From NCBI GenBank assembly GCA_951406725.2, contig OX597815.1, forward strand, positions 76,198,001 to 76,262,000: a DNA stretch of 64,000 bases, read 5' to 3'. The notes beneath the pieces are model-generated. The model was not told where the DNA came from. It saw only the letters and a program-made list of their open reading frames with translations, and made no database searches. A program made the translations under genes and the position numbers. Positions 23,676-36,620 of the stretch are shown here, piece by piece. Every line of letters begins with the position of its first letter. The stretch's first letter is position 1. The stretch is from Octopus vulgaris (lineage: Eukaryota).

Positions 23676-26007
23676 ATGCATGTAAGCACATATATTTATG
23701 TGTACATATATTTGTGTTTGCTCCTACACTACTTAACAGGTGTTAATTTATGTCATGTCATTGTAATTTAATTCAATAAGAGAGTACTGGGGTTAAATTG
23801 TTTGATTTATTTCTTCAATGAGAAGCTCCAGCATGGCTGCAGTGCAATAACTGAAGAAAAAAAATAGAATATGTGATTTGGAACTAGAGTGAAAGATTTG
23901 TTAATACATGTGCATTATTATCTAGATTTACTTGTTCAATTTAAAAATTGCCTGCAATAAAAGAGACAAATCTTGAAAGAGAATAAGAAGAAAACATCCA
24001 TTGGAAAAAAACAAACATTTATTGTTTTAAAAAATAAATAATCAAGGCAAATAATGAGATTATATAGGAGAAACAAGTCTCTTGCAAATTGTTCAAGATT
24101 CTGTTTTGGTTTCATAAAATGATTTATTCCAAACCAGAGAAATCAACGGTTCAAAATGTTCTTCAGGTTTCGGAAAGATTAAAAAAAAATAAAAACAAAA
24201 AAAAACACTAGCAGGAATTGGCCGGCACAATAACATGATTAAACAGAAAACCAAATTATAAAGGGTGTCTTGTATTGATGGGACATATTTTAAATATACA
24301 AAGAACTAGAACAAACACAGTTATTAAAGAAAGTGTTATAATATATTTCTTTACTACCCACAAGGGGCTAAACACAGAGGGGACAAACAAGGACAGACAA
24401 GCGGATTAAGTTGATTACATCGACCCCAGTGCATAAAGTGTTATGATATATAATCATGGTAATGAGCTGGCAGAATTGTTAGCCTGTCAGATAAAGCTCA
24501 AATCCTGCTCAGGTCTACTTTGCCTTTCATCCCTTGGGGATCAATAAAATAAAGTAACAGTCAGATACTGGAAGTTGATGTAACTGATTTGTTCCCTCCA
24601 ATCAAAAAAATTTCTGGCCTTGACCCTGCAATGGACTGGTATCCCATTCAGAAGGGAATGTTGTGATCTTGGTCATCTATACACCATAGGAACCAGGTGA
24701 CAAGCTTTTTGAGTCCTAGGGCTCAAGAAAAATAAAAAATATAATCATGGCCATAAGTCCCATCTTTATGCAACACCCTGTAGAAATAGTTTTGCTAAAC
24801 TTTTGTTGATTACTAATTAAAAAGGAGAGAAATGCAATGATGAAAAATATATGTTGAAGTTATTCTGTGAGAAAAGCACAAACATTTCAACTTCTCATGC
24901 TTTTTGAAGAAATTATATATATAATTATTTAACCATATTTTGTTATGTTTTTGTTTTAGTAAACTGCCTTAGTTTCAACTAATTTTGAAAATAATGAATG
25001 TATTAAAACTACTTTGTCATTAATAAGCTGGTATTTGGAACATAAATTAATATTAAATTTTGAAGGAAGGTTTTAATTCGAATCACTTTAAACAGGAAGC
25101 CTGTACCATAGAATCATGAGTGATCTCCCTAGATTAGCCTAAAGGGTTAGTGTGGGCAGTTGCAATGGCTAAATAGAAAATGGTGAATGTGTGTGTCTAG
25201 ATTGATTTTAGTGAGTAAAGAATGAAAAGATCTGTAAATGTGGTATTACAATGATTGATGACAGTTTGAATAAGTCGTTTTCAGTAACCTTTGAAGTCAC
25301 TGCCAACAATCAGCACTAGGACCAATAGTATTAACTTCCTCCCTTCAAAATTACTAGCATTGTACTTAATAAAGAAACCATTTTTATAATCATTATTGTT
25401 GCTATAATTAGTAGTAGTATTGAGGAGTAATGTATTTAGGAGGTGCTGTAGTGAATTAGACTTGATGATTTATGGTCTCTGGGAAAATCTTGGCTGAAAT
25501 TGATTAGCATCATACTCAGTAGAGAGAATCCCATTACATAATGTAACTGAATACAAAAGCTAAGCATTGATATTATGAACTCCTGTAGCTCTCATGGAGA
25601 ATATTTATGATTTATTTTATTGCATTCAACATAAATTTATGTCCAGTAACAAGATACTATGGTAGAACTTAAAATGCTTGATTTAATCTGTGAAACCTTT
25701 AATACTAGCCTAGAACTATGCAACTTGTGTAGATACAATCATTAGATTATAGGTTTCATGTTGATCTCAGTTTAAAATTATGGAATATAAATAGTTATAT
25801 CAAAGTATAGGACTATAAATTAACTCTAAGCTGTTAGCCATTGAGCCAAAATAATTGCCAATCCACCTTGAAAAACTATTTTACTAACTTTGATCTGAGA
25901 ATGTCCTAAGGGTCATTATACATTCAACACATATAACAAATTGTTTATGTCAAAAACACAGTTCATGGAAACTGATAGGGGGAAGGGGTTTGCATAGTGA
26001 AGTTCAT

Positions 26008-26161
26008 GAGTTTGGTTAACTTGATATGTCATGGTAAGAAGAGGAGCCTAACATTGAGTGACTGCCTCTTCATCTGAGAGAAAGATTTTTCAGTTGAAAA
26101 ACTATTTTCTCTCAGATGAAGGGTCAGTCAAGAAAGACATGACATAAGCTTATCCAAACTC
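26008..26161. repeat. Extended imperfect inverted repeat / hairpin
   Basis: Perfect 16-bp core CTTCATCTGAGAGAAA (26068) / TTTCTCTCAGATGAAG (26106). Further pairing from TGACTG/CAGTCA, TATGTCATG/CATGACATA and GAGTTTGG/CCAAACTC. Confidence 0.8.
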
Positions 26162-29100
26162 TAAATTTTACTAAATTACATTCAATAAAGTTGCAATCAA
26201 TATTAAAATAGTTTAAATGACTTCATTACCAACCCACTGAGATTGTTCCACATTCCTTGATACAAACTGTTTTATTGTGAGCTTAATAAAAACTTCCCAT
26301 CAAAATTTTACATTATGTTCCAAAAATCCATTTAATAATGATAACTTATATTATCCAATTCTTCATTAATTTTAAAATTAATTGAAACAAAGAGAATATA
26401 TTCTAAAAGAAATATAATAACAAAAGGATTAAATGTGTTCAACTTTTAGAAGTTAAATGAAAATATTCTTCATCCGAATTTACTTTTGTGATTGTATATC
26501 TATAACAAAATAATCTTTCATCCTTTTGAGAAATGAATCTAGGAAAAAATGTCCTGTTTGATTTACTTCTGAAATGATATAGTTTTAATCCATTTGATAT
26601 GAATTTTGGCGTCAATGATTATAGTTTAGTTTTTATTTGCATCCAAACAATTCCTTTTCTCACATTTACTACAATCATAGTCGTACTCACGCATAAGACT
26701 ATAAGGAGATAATTGATGTAGTACCTTGGGTAAGAACCTTGTTTATATGTTTATGTCTTTAAAGACAAAGGTTTAATATGATGACTAAAAATAGAAATTC
26801 TTTCACAAGTTTCTAGTTTTTCTGTTTTTAATATTGATCGATGAAACTTATTACCAACAGTCTCATAATACTAAAATCAAATTTACTTCTTCCTTTCTCT
26901 TTACAAAAATATGGAAATTTGGTAACAATTTTAAGTAAGTTGAGCTACTACATGGTCACAAGTGGAATTCCTTTGGTCAAAGGTATGCTGCTTGATGAAA
27001 GTTGATTTGAAGTTGAACAGCAATAACAACTCATACTCTTTTCAGGTAAATTACCTTATCCTCCCCCTGAAGAATTTAACTGTTTTACCAAAATTCCAAT
27101 GACAAGCTAAAAAACCTCCATAAGATAAATTTGCCTTTGTTACCTTCTGTTTGACAAAAGCAATTATGTTAGTGTTGACATATTTAATGTAGTGAATATT
27201 TTAAATCTAACTAGAAAATATAGTGTGTAAAAAAATATTAGTCAATGACTATGTTTGTGAAATCTATATTTTGCTGAAGAGCTTCTAATAAGACCAAAAC
27301 ATGACTGGAATTGTCTTCTGTACTTGCTGCCTAAATATGTTTTCCTAGTTAACATTTTGAAGCTCCCTGCTTTAAAAAAAAATGTTAACACTAACTTAAC
27401 ACAATGGCTTTTTGCTAACATATTTAAAGCAAGGAGTCAAAAAACTAACAAAAAATCCAGAATGGTAAGATTAGTGCTAACAATCAATATCTTAATGATC
27501 AATTCTGGTAAAGAAAGACAAGGGAGACAACCCTGAAATTTTAATCAAAATTAATAAGAAAATGTGGGCAATGCAGAATAAGTTTGATACTGGCAATAAG
27601 GAAACAATTCCAGACAGGTTTTAGTCTTATTAGACCTCTTGATCAAAGCATAATATTCATGAGTATTGCCAGATAAAAATAACCTGAGAGACACAGACTT
27701 CTTTTCTGTGAATAAAACCCCATAAGTCAAGTCTACAGCCACACTCATTATTTTCTTTGAAACCAACCTTCACAAATGACAAATGAGATATTAACTTTAC
27801 ACCAGACACACAGACGACTAATGTGATTTGAAGGGTATATCAATTACAGTTAGGAAATTAACAAAATAGAATCACATTTTCAAACTGTGACTATGGTAGC
27901 TTGCTTACAATTCAGAATCTGATAGTTTATTGATTAAACAATAATGGCAGGCCTCAACAGTTAGTTATAAAGGATTTGTTCAGCTTTGTTAAGTCTTGCC
28001 AAAAGACTGTTCATTTATATAACAAATATATATACATTGGCCAGATATATTCCTGCTAGTTATTAGCTGTTTCTATATGAAGTTTACTGTGTTTGGAACT
28101 ATGATAGATGGAACCGTTTTGGAACAAAATCAATAATATAGATCCATAAAGCATTCTGGACCAGATTGTTGAATGACAATGTTGATATTAATGGGATCAT
28201 GTCATGATATTTCACCTCTTAAGTTTTGTTCATTTCACTTTAATTTAATTTTAAATTTCAATCTATATGATTACTGTTCATTTCCCAATATATGTTTTCA
28301 TCATTGTGCTTTCATTTATCAAACATTTTTTTTTATTCAGTGATATTTTTTGTTCTTTTTTTTTTTTATTTTACCCTAATGGTGTTCCAAACTTTCCAAT
28401 TCTATTGCTGAAGATTATATTGTTTATTCATGGTTTTGCTATTATGAGAACAAAACAAAAACATTTATTGGAATCTTATTGAGAAATTAACCAAACAGAC
28501 TGTTCTAAAAATAATCTTGTAATAAATTAGTCACTTGTAAATAGTTAATTCTTGGGCACATTGGGCGGATATCGATGAAATGAAGAGAGTGAGTAGGGCA
28601 GCCATGAATATGTATCAATCAAATCACGAATGATAATACGGATACAGTTATGAGAATAAACAGAAAGAATTTTCAGATATGTTAAAAATATGAGTAAAAT
28701 ATCAGCTGCCATACAATGATGGATTAAAATGGTTGATGATAACTGAAAAAGAATCAAAATTCTGTTTCTTTTTTACATTTTTTTTGTCTTGATAAGGATG
28801 TTTCTAATCAATGTGATATAGCATGAGGTCAACAGCATTAGAGATTCTTGTTAGAAACAAACAAGAGTTGCTTCTACTTAAAAAAAGACTAATAAATATT
28901 TCCAGTAATACAAAAAGTTTCTACAAATTGGTATGGATGCTTGTATTTGTAAAAAATCAAATATTTTTTTCTTTTTAGCAGCATTGAAGGCAACCAATTC
29001 AATGTTAATGGAATTCTATATTCCAAGTACTTTTCTCTAACAAGGTAAAAAGAGGAGTTCTGATGGAAAAAATAAAAAAGAGAAAAAAAAAAACCATTCC

Positions 29101-30014
29101 TTTTTTTTTTTAGGAACAAGAGCAGCATCAAAGTGTTCTATTTGGTCTACAAGACCAATAGGCATGAAATACATTTTAACTTTTAGCAAATATATATATA
29201 TATGTATATATATATATATGTGTGTGTGTATGTAAGTATGAATGTATGCAAGGCTGGCCAGAAGTCAGCTGACAGTGAATCAAAACCATTTAATTCCAAG
29301 ATTTATTTATGTTTAACAATTGAATGAATTTAATAAAAGCATCTAAATATGAAACATCATGAAAACTGTTCAAACTAAAGTCTTTCTTGAGTGACACATT
29401 TTTCCATTTGAGTCAATAGAGAATTATAGATAGTATTTATGGAATTTTGATTTACTGTTGGGTGACATTTGGCCAACCTATATATATGTAGATATGTGAA
29501 AATAAAAGATAAAATGCAGAACCAGAGGAAAATGTTAACTTGCTTGCTAGAACGTTGTTTTAAACTTAAGTCACAATGGTAAAAAGAGGATCTATTGTGA
29601 CAGCTGCATTGGAGTAGGGGTGGGGGAGAAGAGCTGAATATTATTAACATTTTATTTCTTTTATCAAAGAAAGAATTTTAAGACAATTTAAGGAGAGGAT
29701 GAAAACTGATGTCTTGAGCACATGTGAAATAAGCTAGTAATTGAATTAATTGAGCAAATATTATGAGGTAACAGAAATGAACAAAATAATGGTTTTGAAA
29801 GATTTCATTTTCCCAGAGTATCATGATAATTGGAAAGATAATCCCACATGTATCAACCAAACAGCAGTTTATTCTGTAGTCTATGAAGCACAAAATTTGC
29901 TAAAGACTATCATTTGCTCTTAATATTTTAAGGAATTGTATGTGATAGATCTGTAAAAGATGAACGTAAAACTGGACTATCACCAAAGGAGATATAGAAT
30001 GAAACTATTTAGTA

Positions 30015-30896
30015 TTATTTGACGGTTGAAGGCTTTTGGTACTCTATATCACTCTCGCTGTCATCATTGAGACTCACAAGTGTTTGGCCATTGGTTCCTG
30101 TGTGAATTAAACGTTTCATTATCATATCATCGTCAACATAAGAAACACCGCGACCTTTTTGATAGCAGCTAACAATACCTCCAAACAGCAAGATAATGAT
30201 AAAGCAGGCGATACTGTGCCAAGCAAAGTATATAGTGATCAGCATCATTTGGCTGTGGTCATCACCCTTCCATGGAGATTTACCTGGGAAAGGCCTATAC
30301 AGTATGAAGCCAACTTGCCAGAACCAAGATCCCTGTAACATTACAAAATAAGTTCTTGCAAGAGGTGCCAAAACATTATGTCGAAATTTCATTTCAATAA
30401 AGGCTGAGATTAAACTGGCAATGATGACATAGGTAAGAAGCACGTGCAGTAATACATCAAGTTCTGATCTTCCATGAAGGTGAAATGTAAACAACACAAG
30501 CTCAATTGTAAAAGCCAGTATATTAGCAATGTAATCAACATCTGTTGGCAGAGGTGCTTTAAAAAACAACAACAGTTCTACTACACCAGACAAACCAAAG
30601 GCAAAAAACATTGTGGCATGTTGGCCATTTCCCAAAATAACATATGGTCCAGGTCGCAAGCCTGTAATTATTTCCCCGCTAAAACCAATTATAACTAGGA
30701 CAATTTTCATTATAGATTCTAGAGGCCATTTTTTCAGTCGCCCACACAAGCATGTGCATGGAAAAGTCACTGTGGATGTAAAGCGAGCGTTTCTTTTGCG
30801 GCACTGGAAATACCGATTGAAAATTTGTACTGTGTACCAAAAGGCAAAGAGTAGGAAGAATGTTCCTGGTAGGGCATGTCCACCAAAAGTTCCCAT
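30015..30896 (-). CDS. TMEM45B: Transmembrane protein 45B-like (TMEM45/DUF716 family), 293 aa, single coding exon
   Basis: Family motifs MGTFGGHALPGTFF, NGQHATMF, FHLHGRSELD, LQGSWFWQVGFILY and FAWH, with multiple TM segments and an acidic C-terminus. An acceptor tttcag (+ strand ctg at 30938-30940) shows a 5'UTR intron. Confidence 0.92.
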   Translation of the reverse strand: MGTFGGHALPGTFFLLFAFWYTVQIFNRYFQCRKRNARFTSTVTFPCTCLCGRLKKWPLESIMKIVLVIIGFSGEIITGLRPGPYVILGNGQHATMFFAFGLSGVVELLLFFKAPLPTDVDYIANILAFTIELVLFTFHLHGRSELDVLLHVLLTYVIIASLISAFIEMKFRHNVLAPLARTYFVMLQGSWFWQVGFILYRPFPGKSPWKGDDHSQMMLITIYFAWHSIACFIIILLFGGIVSCYQKGRGVSYVDDDMIMKRLIHTGTNGQTLVSLNDDSESDIEYQKPSTVK

Positions 30897-31216
30897 TTTT
30901 CAGTGTCTACTAGAAGACAGTGAAGCAGTATCACAATCTGAAATATAAAAAAGAAATACATAAATATTTCTATGTTGACACAGATACACATACATACTTA
31001 TATATATTTTATTTTACAATTTATGGGGAAAAATTTTATTGGTTACAGTTTCCAATGTATGAATTATGGGTAAATTGTATTTCTAGTGTTAAAAGAGTGT
31101 CTGTTGTTCAATGCAGAACAAATATTTTCAGGAAATTCAACTGTAAAGCACCAGTTTTGGGATTTTCTCACCTATTCTTATATCCTTCTCCAATACACAC
31201 CAAAAGATATACATAC

Positions 31217-31247
<31 letters not shown>

Positions 31248-32312
31248 TATATGCTAGATGCTATTTCTTGTCTCCTGGAATATGTTCAATGGTGTTTGTT
31301 ATAAAAGCCAGTGTACATTGTGTAACTTTTTCTGATGTTTAGAATGGATTTCTTTAAAAAACTAAAAAAAATCTGAGATCTTCTTTGATGTTACTAGACA
31401 AGAGAGATTGTTATATCTTTGACAAACAAAAGTCCTCTCAACCCTACACTATCCTTGTTCATTCACCAAAGACTTTACAGAAAAGTATACTAAGTGTATT
31501 TTATCATGGCACTAACACAACTGAAGATATCTTGTATTCTGTAAAACTAAAGAAAATCTTCATTACTTTGCAACATGTTTTAAATTTATGTGATCTAAGG
31601 CTGTGTGGTTAAGAAGTTTGCTTCCCAACCACATGATTTTGGGTTCAGTCACAGCTTCTATGGCTCACCAAAGCTTTGTGGGTGAATTTGGCAAACAGTA
31701 ACTGAAACAAAGCTTGTTGCACAAACATAAATTTAATGCACATTATATGCATTTAACTAATCTAGTGGTGCCCACCAAAAAGCTCCTTTAGTGGATCAAG
31801 CTACAAACTACAGAGTAGACTATTATAAAACAAAGGTGTGTAATGTATAGTCCAATTCAGTTGCAATTCATTAAATTCAATTAGTAATGATTATTTCATT
31901 AGGAGTCTATAAAATATGAAGGAAGAGGTATGAGACGAATATATTTATTTCCCCAGTTGAAATCCATAAGATTACGATTGTTTCACATGTCTGTATTAGT
32001 GTATATTTCATAAATTATACTGTACAATTTATAAGGTACTATATAATTTATAATATACACACTATAACAGTACTATATATACAATAGTATATATACTACA
32101 GTATCTAATATAATATATAATACAATATATAATAGTACTATATACAATAGTATGATATAATTTATAACTTAACTTATTTTACATTCTGTATTAGCATATA
32201 TTATACACAATCATTTTCTATGATGTTGGCTGTGAAACAATAGTTATCTTATGGATATCAACTGGCGCAATAAATATATTCATCTCATATCTCCTATCTT
32301 TCTTTATTATAG

Positions 32313-32690
32313 TAGCTGTGTGGTAAGAAGGTTGTTTCCCAAGCACATAATTCTGGGTTCAGTCCCACTGCATGGAACCTTGGGCAAGTGTTTTCTGCTA
32401 TAGTTTCAGGCTGACCAAAGCCTTGTGAGTGGATTTGGTAGATGGAAATTGAAAGAAACCTGTCATATATATATATATATATGTATTTGTGTGTCTGTGT
32501 TTGTCCCAACCATCGCTTGACAACCAATGCCAGCATGTTTACATTCCTATAACTTAGTGGTTCGGCAAAGAGTCCAACAGAATAAGTACTAGGTTTACAA
32601 AGAATAAGTCCTGGGGTTGATTTGTTCAACTAAAGGTGGTGCTCCAGCATGGTCACAGTCAAACAACTGAAACAAGTAAAAGAAATAAAA
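32313..32690 (+). mobile_element. tRNA-derived SINE (full length, well preserved)
   Basis: GCTGTGTGGTAAGAAG...GGTTCAGTCCC head, internal (TA)n(TG)n, tail ...GGTGGTGCTCCAGCATGG...GAAACAAGTAAAAGA. Confidence 0.85.
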
Positions 32691-34209
32691 AGAAATGTGT
32701 GTGTGTGCGTATGTATGTATGTATATGTATTTGTGTGAATGGGTGAATATTCTTTTGTCTCCACATGGTGTTAGTTGTAATGTAGTGCCATTTCATTTCC
32801 TATCTGTGAAATCAGGTTTGCGCATGGAGAAATATCACCTTACTAGGTGAGGGTTGGCAACAGGTAGGACCATAGAAAAATCTATCTCAATGAATTCCAT
32901 CTTACCCATGTAAGCATAGAAAAGTTTTCTAAATATCCTAGTATTTTCTGCCAGACCTGAAAGCCTCATACCACATGTGGACTATATATAGCACAAAACT
33001 GCAGAATGGCATAGTGGTTGAAATGTCTATACTACATGACACACACTGCTCCTCTCTCTCCCACACACATAAACTGTAAAATAGCAGTACATATTAGATT
33101 CATTACTACAAGAAATAGGAAAAACTTAGCTTACACAAGATTAACCCATTTCTTTTGAAACAAATATTTAGCTAAAGTGAGATGAAAATATAAATAACAG
33201 ATACAATATATTTCCAATTGGTTTTCTAAATACTATATTTAGCAGACATAAAATATGCAAAATGCTCACCCACACACATCCCCCAACAAACACAGTCCTC
33301 CCAATGTATACACACATCACTCCCTAAACACTTACACACACACATAAATCTTTGATGAATATATGTCCCTCTGTACACATAAACATCACTTCCAGCACCC
33401 CTCCCTCCCTACATAAACATCCTTTCCAATACACACATCCCTCCCTAAACACTTCAACATACACACACACTTCTTCATGCACCCACTTCTGTCTCTCACA
33501 CACACTTCTTCATATACACATACACACATATTGATTTAAGGAAATTTTGTCTCATTTCAGTTTTCTATTTAATTAAAAAGAAATACATTCATATTTTACA
33601 GTTACTTGTTCTGTCTTGATGAAGACACACTATTACGTATAGGATATGTCTACACACACACTCATACACAAATATATATTTTATATATACACACACATGC
33701 ATGTGCACACATATTCAAACATGAAAATATACATTATTGTATTGTTCTATAATTCTATAATCCTAATGGTGAATAGTTTTCTTTGGCTTGTTTATATTTT
33801 TTTCTGTCTTCTTCTTCATCATTAAATGTAATTTTCTTTCATGAAGCTGTTAGAAATTCAAAGAACATTTATAGATCGATACATAAGTCCACGAAACAAA
33901 ACACTTTGGCAACAAATATTCCATTTAATATCAGATGAAATGATATGAAAAGAAAGCAAAAAAAAAAAAAAATTACGTGGCTGGGAAGTGTGTAGGGGTA
34001 GTGGTGACTTTTTAGACAGCATATACTAGTACAATGGTGCTTTATATTGATTTTTATAAATATAAATCATTAATTGTCCTTAGGAAAGATGTGAAAGTCA
34101 CAATTCCCATTTTTCCCCACCTTTGAAACCAATCATGCACTAACAGACACTTTGTTGTTGCTGAATAAAGTTATTGATGATGATATTGTGAAGCTATATA
34201 TATATATAA

Positions 34210-34385
34210 ATAAGTAAAGAGGCAGTGGATCATATATCCAAAAAAGAAGCACACTCTAAAGAATAGGGCAGTAATATATTTACATGCAGTTAAATATATG
34301 TCCGGTCATAGAGTGACCAATGGTTTCACATCCATAAAGCGCTTAACTTTATAGATGACTTGTCAGATTCTAATGACAGAAGGCC
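34210..34385 (-). mobile_element. Penelope pLTR-like small element with degenerate hammerhead
   Basis: Minus strand CTGACAAG...ATCTATAAAG/CTTTATGGAT..GAAACCATTGGTC. Same family as 56719-56968; (TA)n on both sides. Confidence 0.6.
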
Positions 34386-34398
34386 ATATATGTATAAT

Positions 34399-34439
<41 letters not shown>

Positions 34440-35699
34440 TCATCATCATCAAAATTGTGAAGCGTTATGTAATAACAGGCTAATCAGATATGAGATAATA
34501 ACAATTCAAAGTAAATAACTTGGTTAGGAAAATACTATTTATTTGTTTAAGGGTTGTACTGGATAAATTGTGGAAATAACTTTAACAGTTCAAATACTAA
34601 GAAATAAGCATACTCAATTTCATTTTTACCAAACAATTTAGGAAAATGAATGGGTTATTTCCCTTGGTTTTTAAAATAAAATATATTAGATATATATAAG
34701 GATCCCTTCCAAGGGCTCTATTATTGATTTTTTTTCAACAATCTGAGTAGGTTATGAGGTTTCCAGACATGAGTTCTACTCACATGTCAAGTTTCATCAA
34801 AATCGATAAAACGGTGTAGGAGTTAGCTAACAACTCCACAAACACACCTACAGACAGAATTTCCCACATATGTAGTAGATGTGCACACATGCACACATAC
34901 ACAAATATTTATACGTTTATATGGATACAGTATAACCATCTTGCATAGACTTAAGTAACTAAAAAGTATCTATTTACAAACAAGAAAGATAACAATTTAT
35001 AAGGGATAAGAGGTTAATAGGTTATGCACATTTATGCATATATATACATATATAAATATTTATATGTTTGTATGGATATAGTATAACCATCTGGCATAGA
35101 CCTAGTAGCTGAAAAATCTCTATTCAAGAACAGTAACAACTTTAAGGGATAAGGGGTTAACAGGTAAGGATATCAAAGTAAGAAAACAAAATAAGAATTT
35201 ATAGAAAACGATAAGAAATATATAACTTACATTTAAAGACACGGGGTATTAAAATTTGAGGTAGGGAAGAAATAAAGGTAACCCTAAATGAGGGGGGTAA
35301 TAGGTATGGGAGTAGTAAAGGCAGTTGGAGGTATTCCAACTGGAGAGATTTTATAAGTTGCAATGTTACAGGTACTATTACATTTATGATTTTATAGATT
35401 CTAGTGGTATATAATTAGGAGACTTACATAAAAGCCATTACAAATATACATAATATGATCAGTGGGTAGAACATCATAGAAAGGAAAAAATAGTTTAATC
35501 ACCAAAAACATGATGAAGTTAGACTAACAAGGCAAGAGTTTTCATGGGATTAGTAATTACATATAGCACATCACATATAGCTTATAACAAATCCCATGAT
35601 TTTATTATATATAATACTAGAGGGTAAGTTTACAACAGATATGGCACCAAAATTAATTTCCACCATCAAAGTTCAAGTATGGCACCTATAATCGCTAAT

Positions 35700-36620
35700 T
35701 TCAAAAGTACTTAAATGCACAGGTGATGCTATGTATGCATGATACCCTTAGGTCTAATCTATTATTAATCAGGTTGTTCTTGTCCCTATACTTAAAAATC
35801 TCATAGGTTTCCATAGAGCACAGCTCACACCTGTATCGACTATATAAGGCTGTGCTTTCCGTATTATATCCCATTTAAGGCTTTCCTTCAGTTCCCAAAT
35901 CTTGCTTAAGGATGTACAATTGGCTTTATGCTTGAGCCTAAAAAGATAAAAAATGGCTAGTGATACATTTTTTCATATTTATCAAACATCCTATATATAT
36001 AAAGTTACCAGTCTCAGTTATGATTGTACAGTTATAAATTATGTTTTGGATTAGACATCGGCCTAATAACGGACAGTAGGATTTAACTCTACAATTGCAA
36101 CCAGGAGAATTACTACTATTAATATTATTTATATTCCTATCATCATCATTATTATTATTATTAATCCCACTACTACTATCATATGTATGTGTTATTTTTA
36201 TTTCTGTTATTATTTATACTTCCTTCAATTGAAGTATTATTCAAATTCATCTCAGCATCAACAGGCATTGTGTCAGTAATCTCTGTGCTAGTATAAATCT
36301 CGGAGTTACTGTCTATATTGTATATATTAGATATGTTAATACTGCTGTTTCTAATTCCAACATCACCATTAATATTATTCTTATTGTAGGGGCTTAAGCT
36401 AGTGTTGACAGTAATATTATTATTATCAACACTTCTTGCACATTTTATATTCTTTCTATTTAACCTTGCTATGATGGTACCCATATTGGGGAGGGTAGAA
36501 CACAAGATTCTAACTGTCTTATGGGAAAAAATTCTGTTGGAAGCTGTGGTTGAAGTCAATGGCGATTTTATTGAATAAATGTATTTCAAGATATTTTTAT
36601 GTAAATTTGGTAAATATATC
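35700..36620 (-). mobile_element. Penelope-like element remnant (linker and GIY-YIG endonuclease)
   Basis: RIFSHKTVRILCSTLPNMGTIIARLNRK, then CNCRVKSYCPLLGRCLIQNIIYNC...FIYIG, then SLSKIWELKE..KWDIIRKAQPY; frameshifted. Confidence 0.8.

Noticed and set aside
30474-31342. Plus-strand ORFs overlapping or next to TMEM45B
   Set aside because: Antisense shadows or low-complexity intron sequence with no recognisable motifs.
32313-32400. tRNA gene
   Set aside because: The A/B-box-like motifs belong to SINE heads; no cloverleaf or acceptor stem could be formed.
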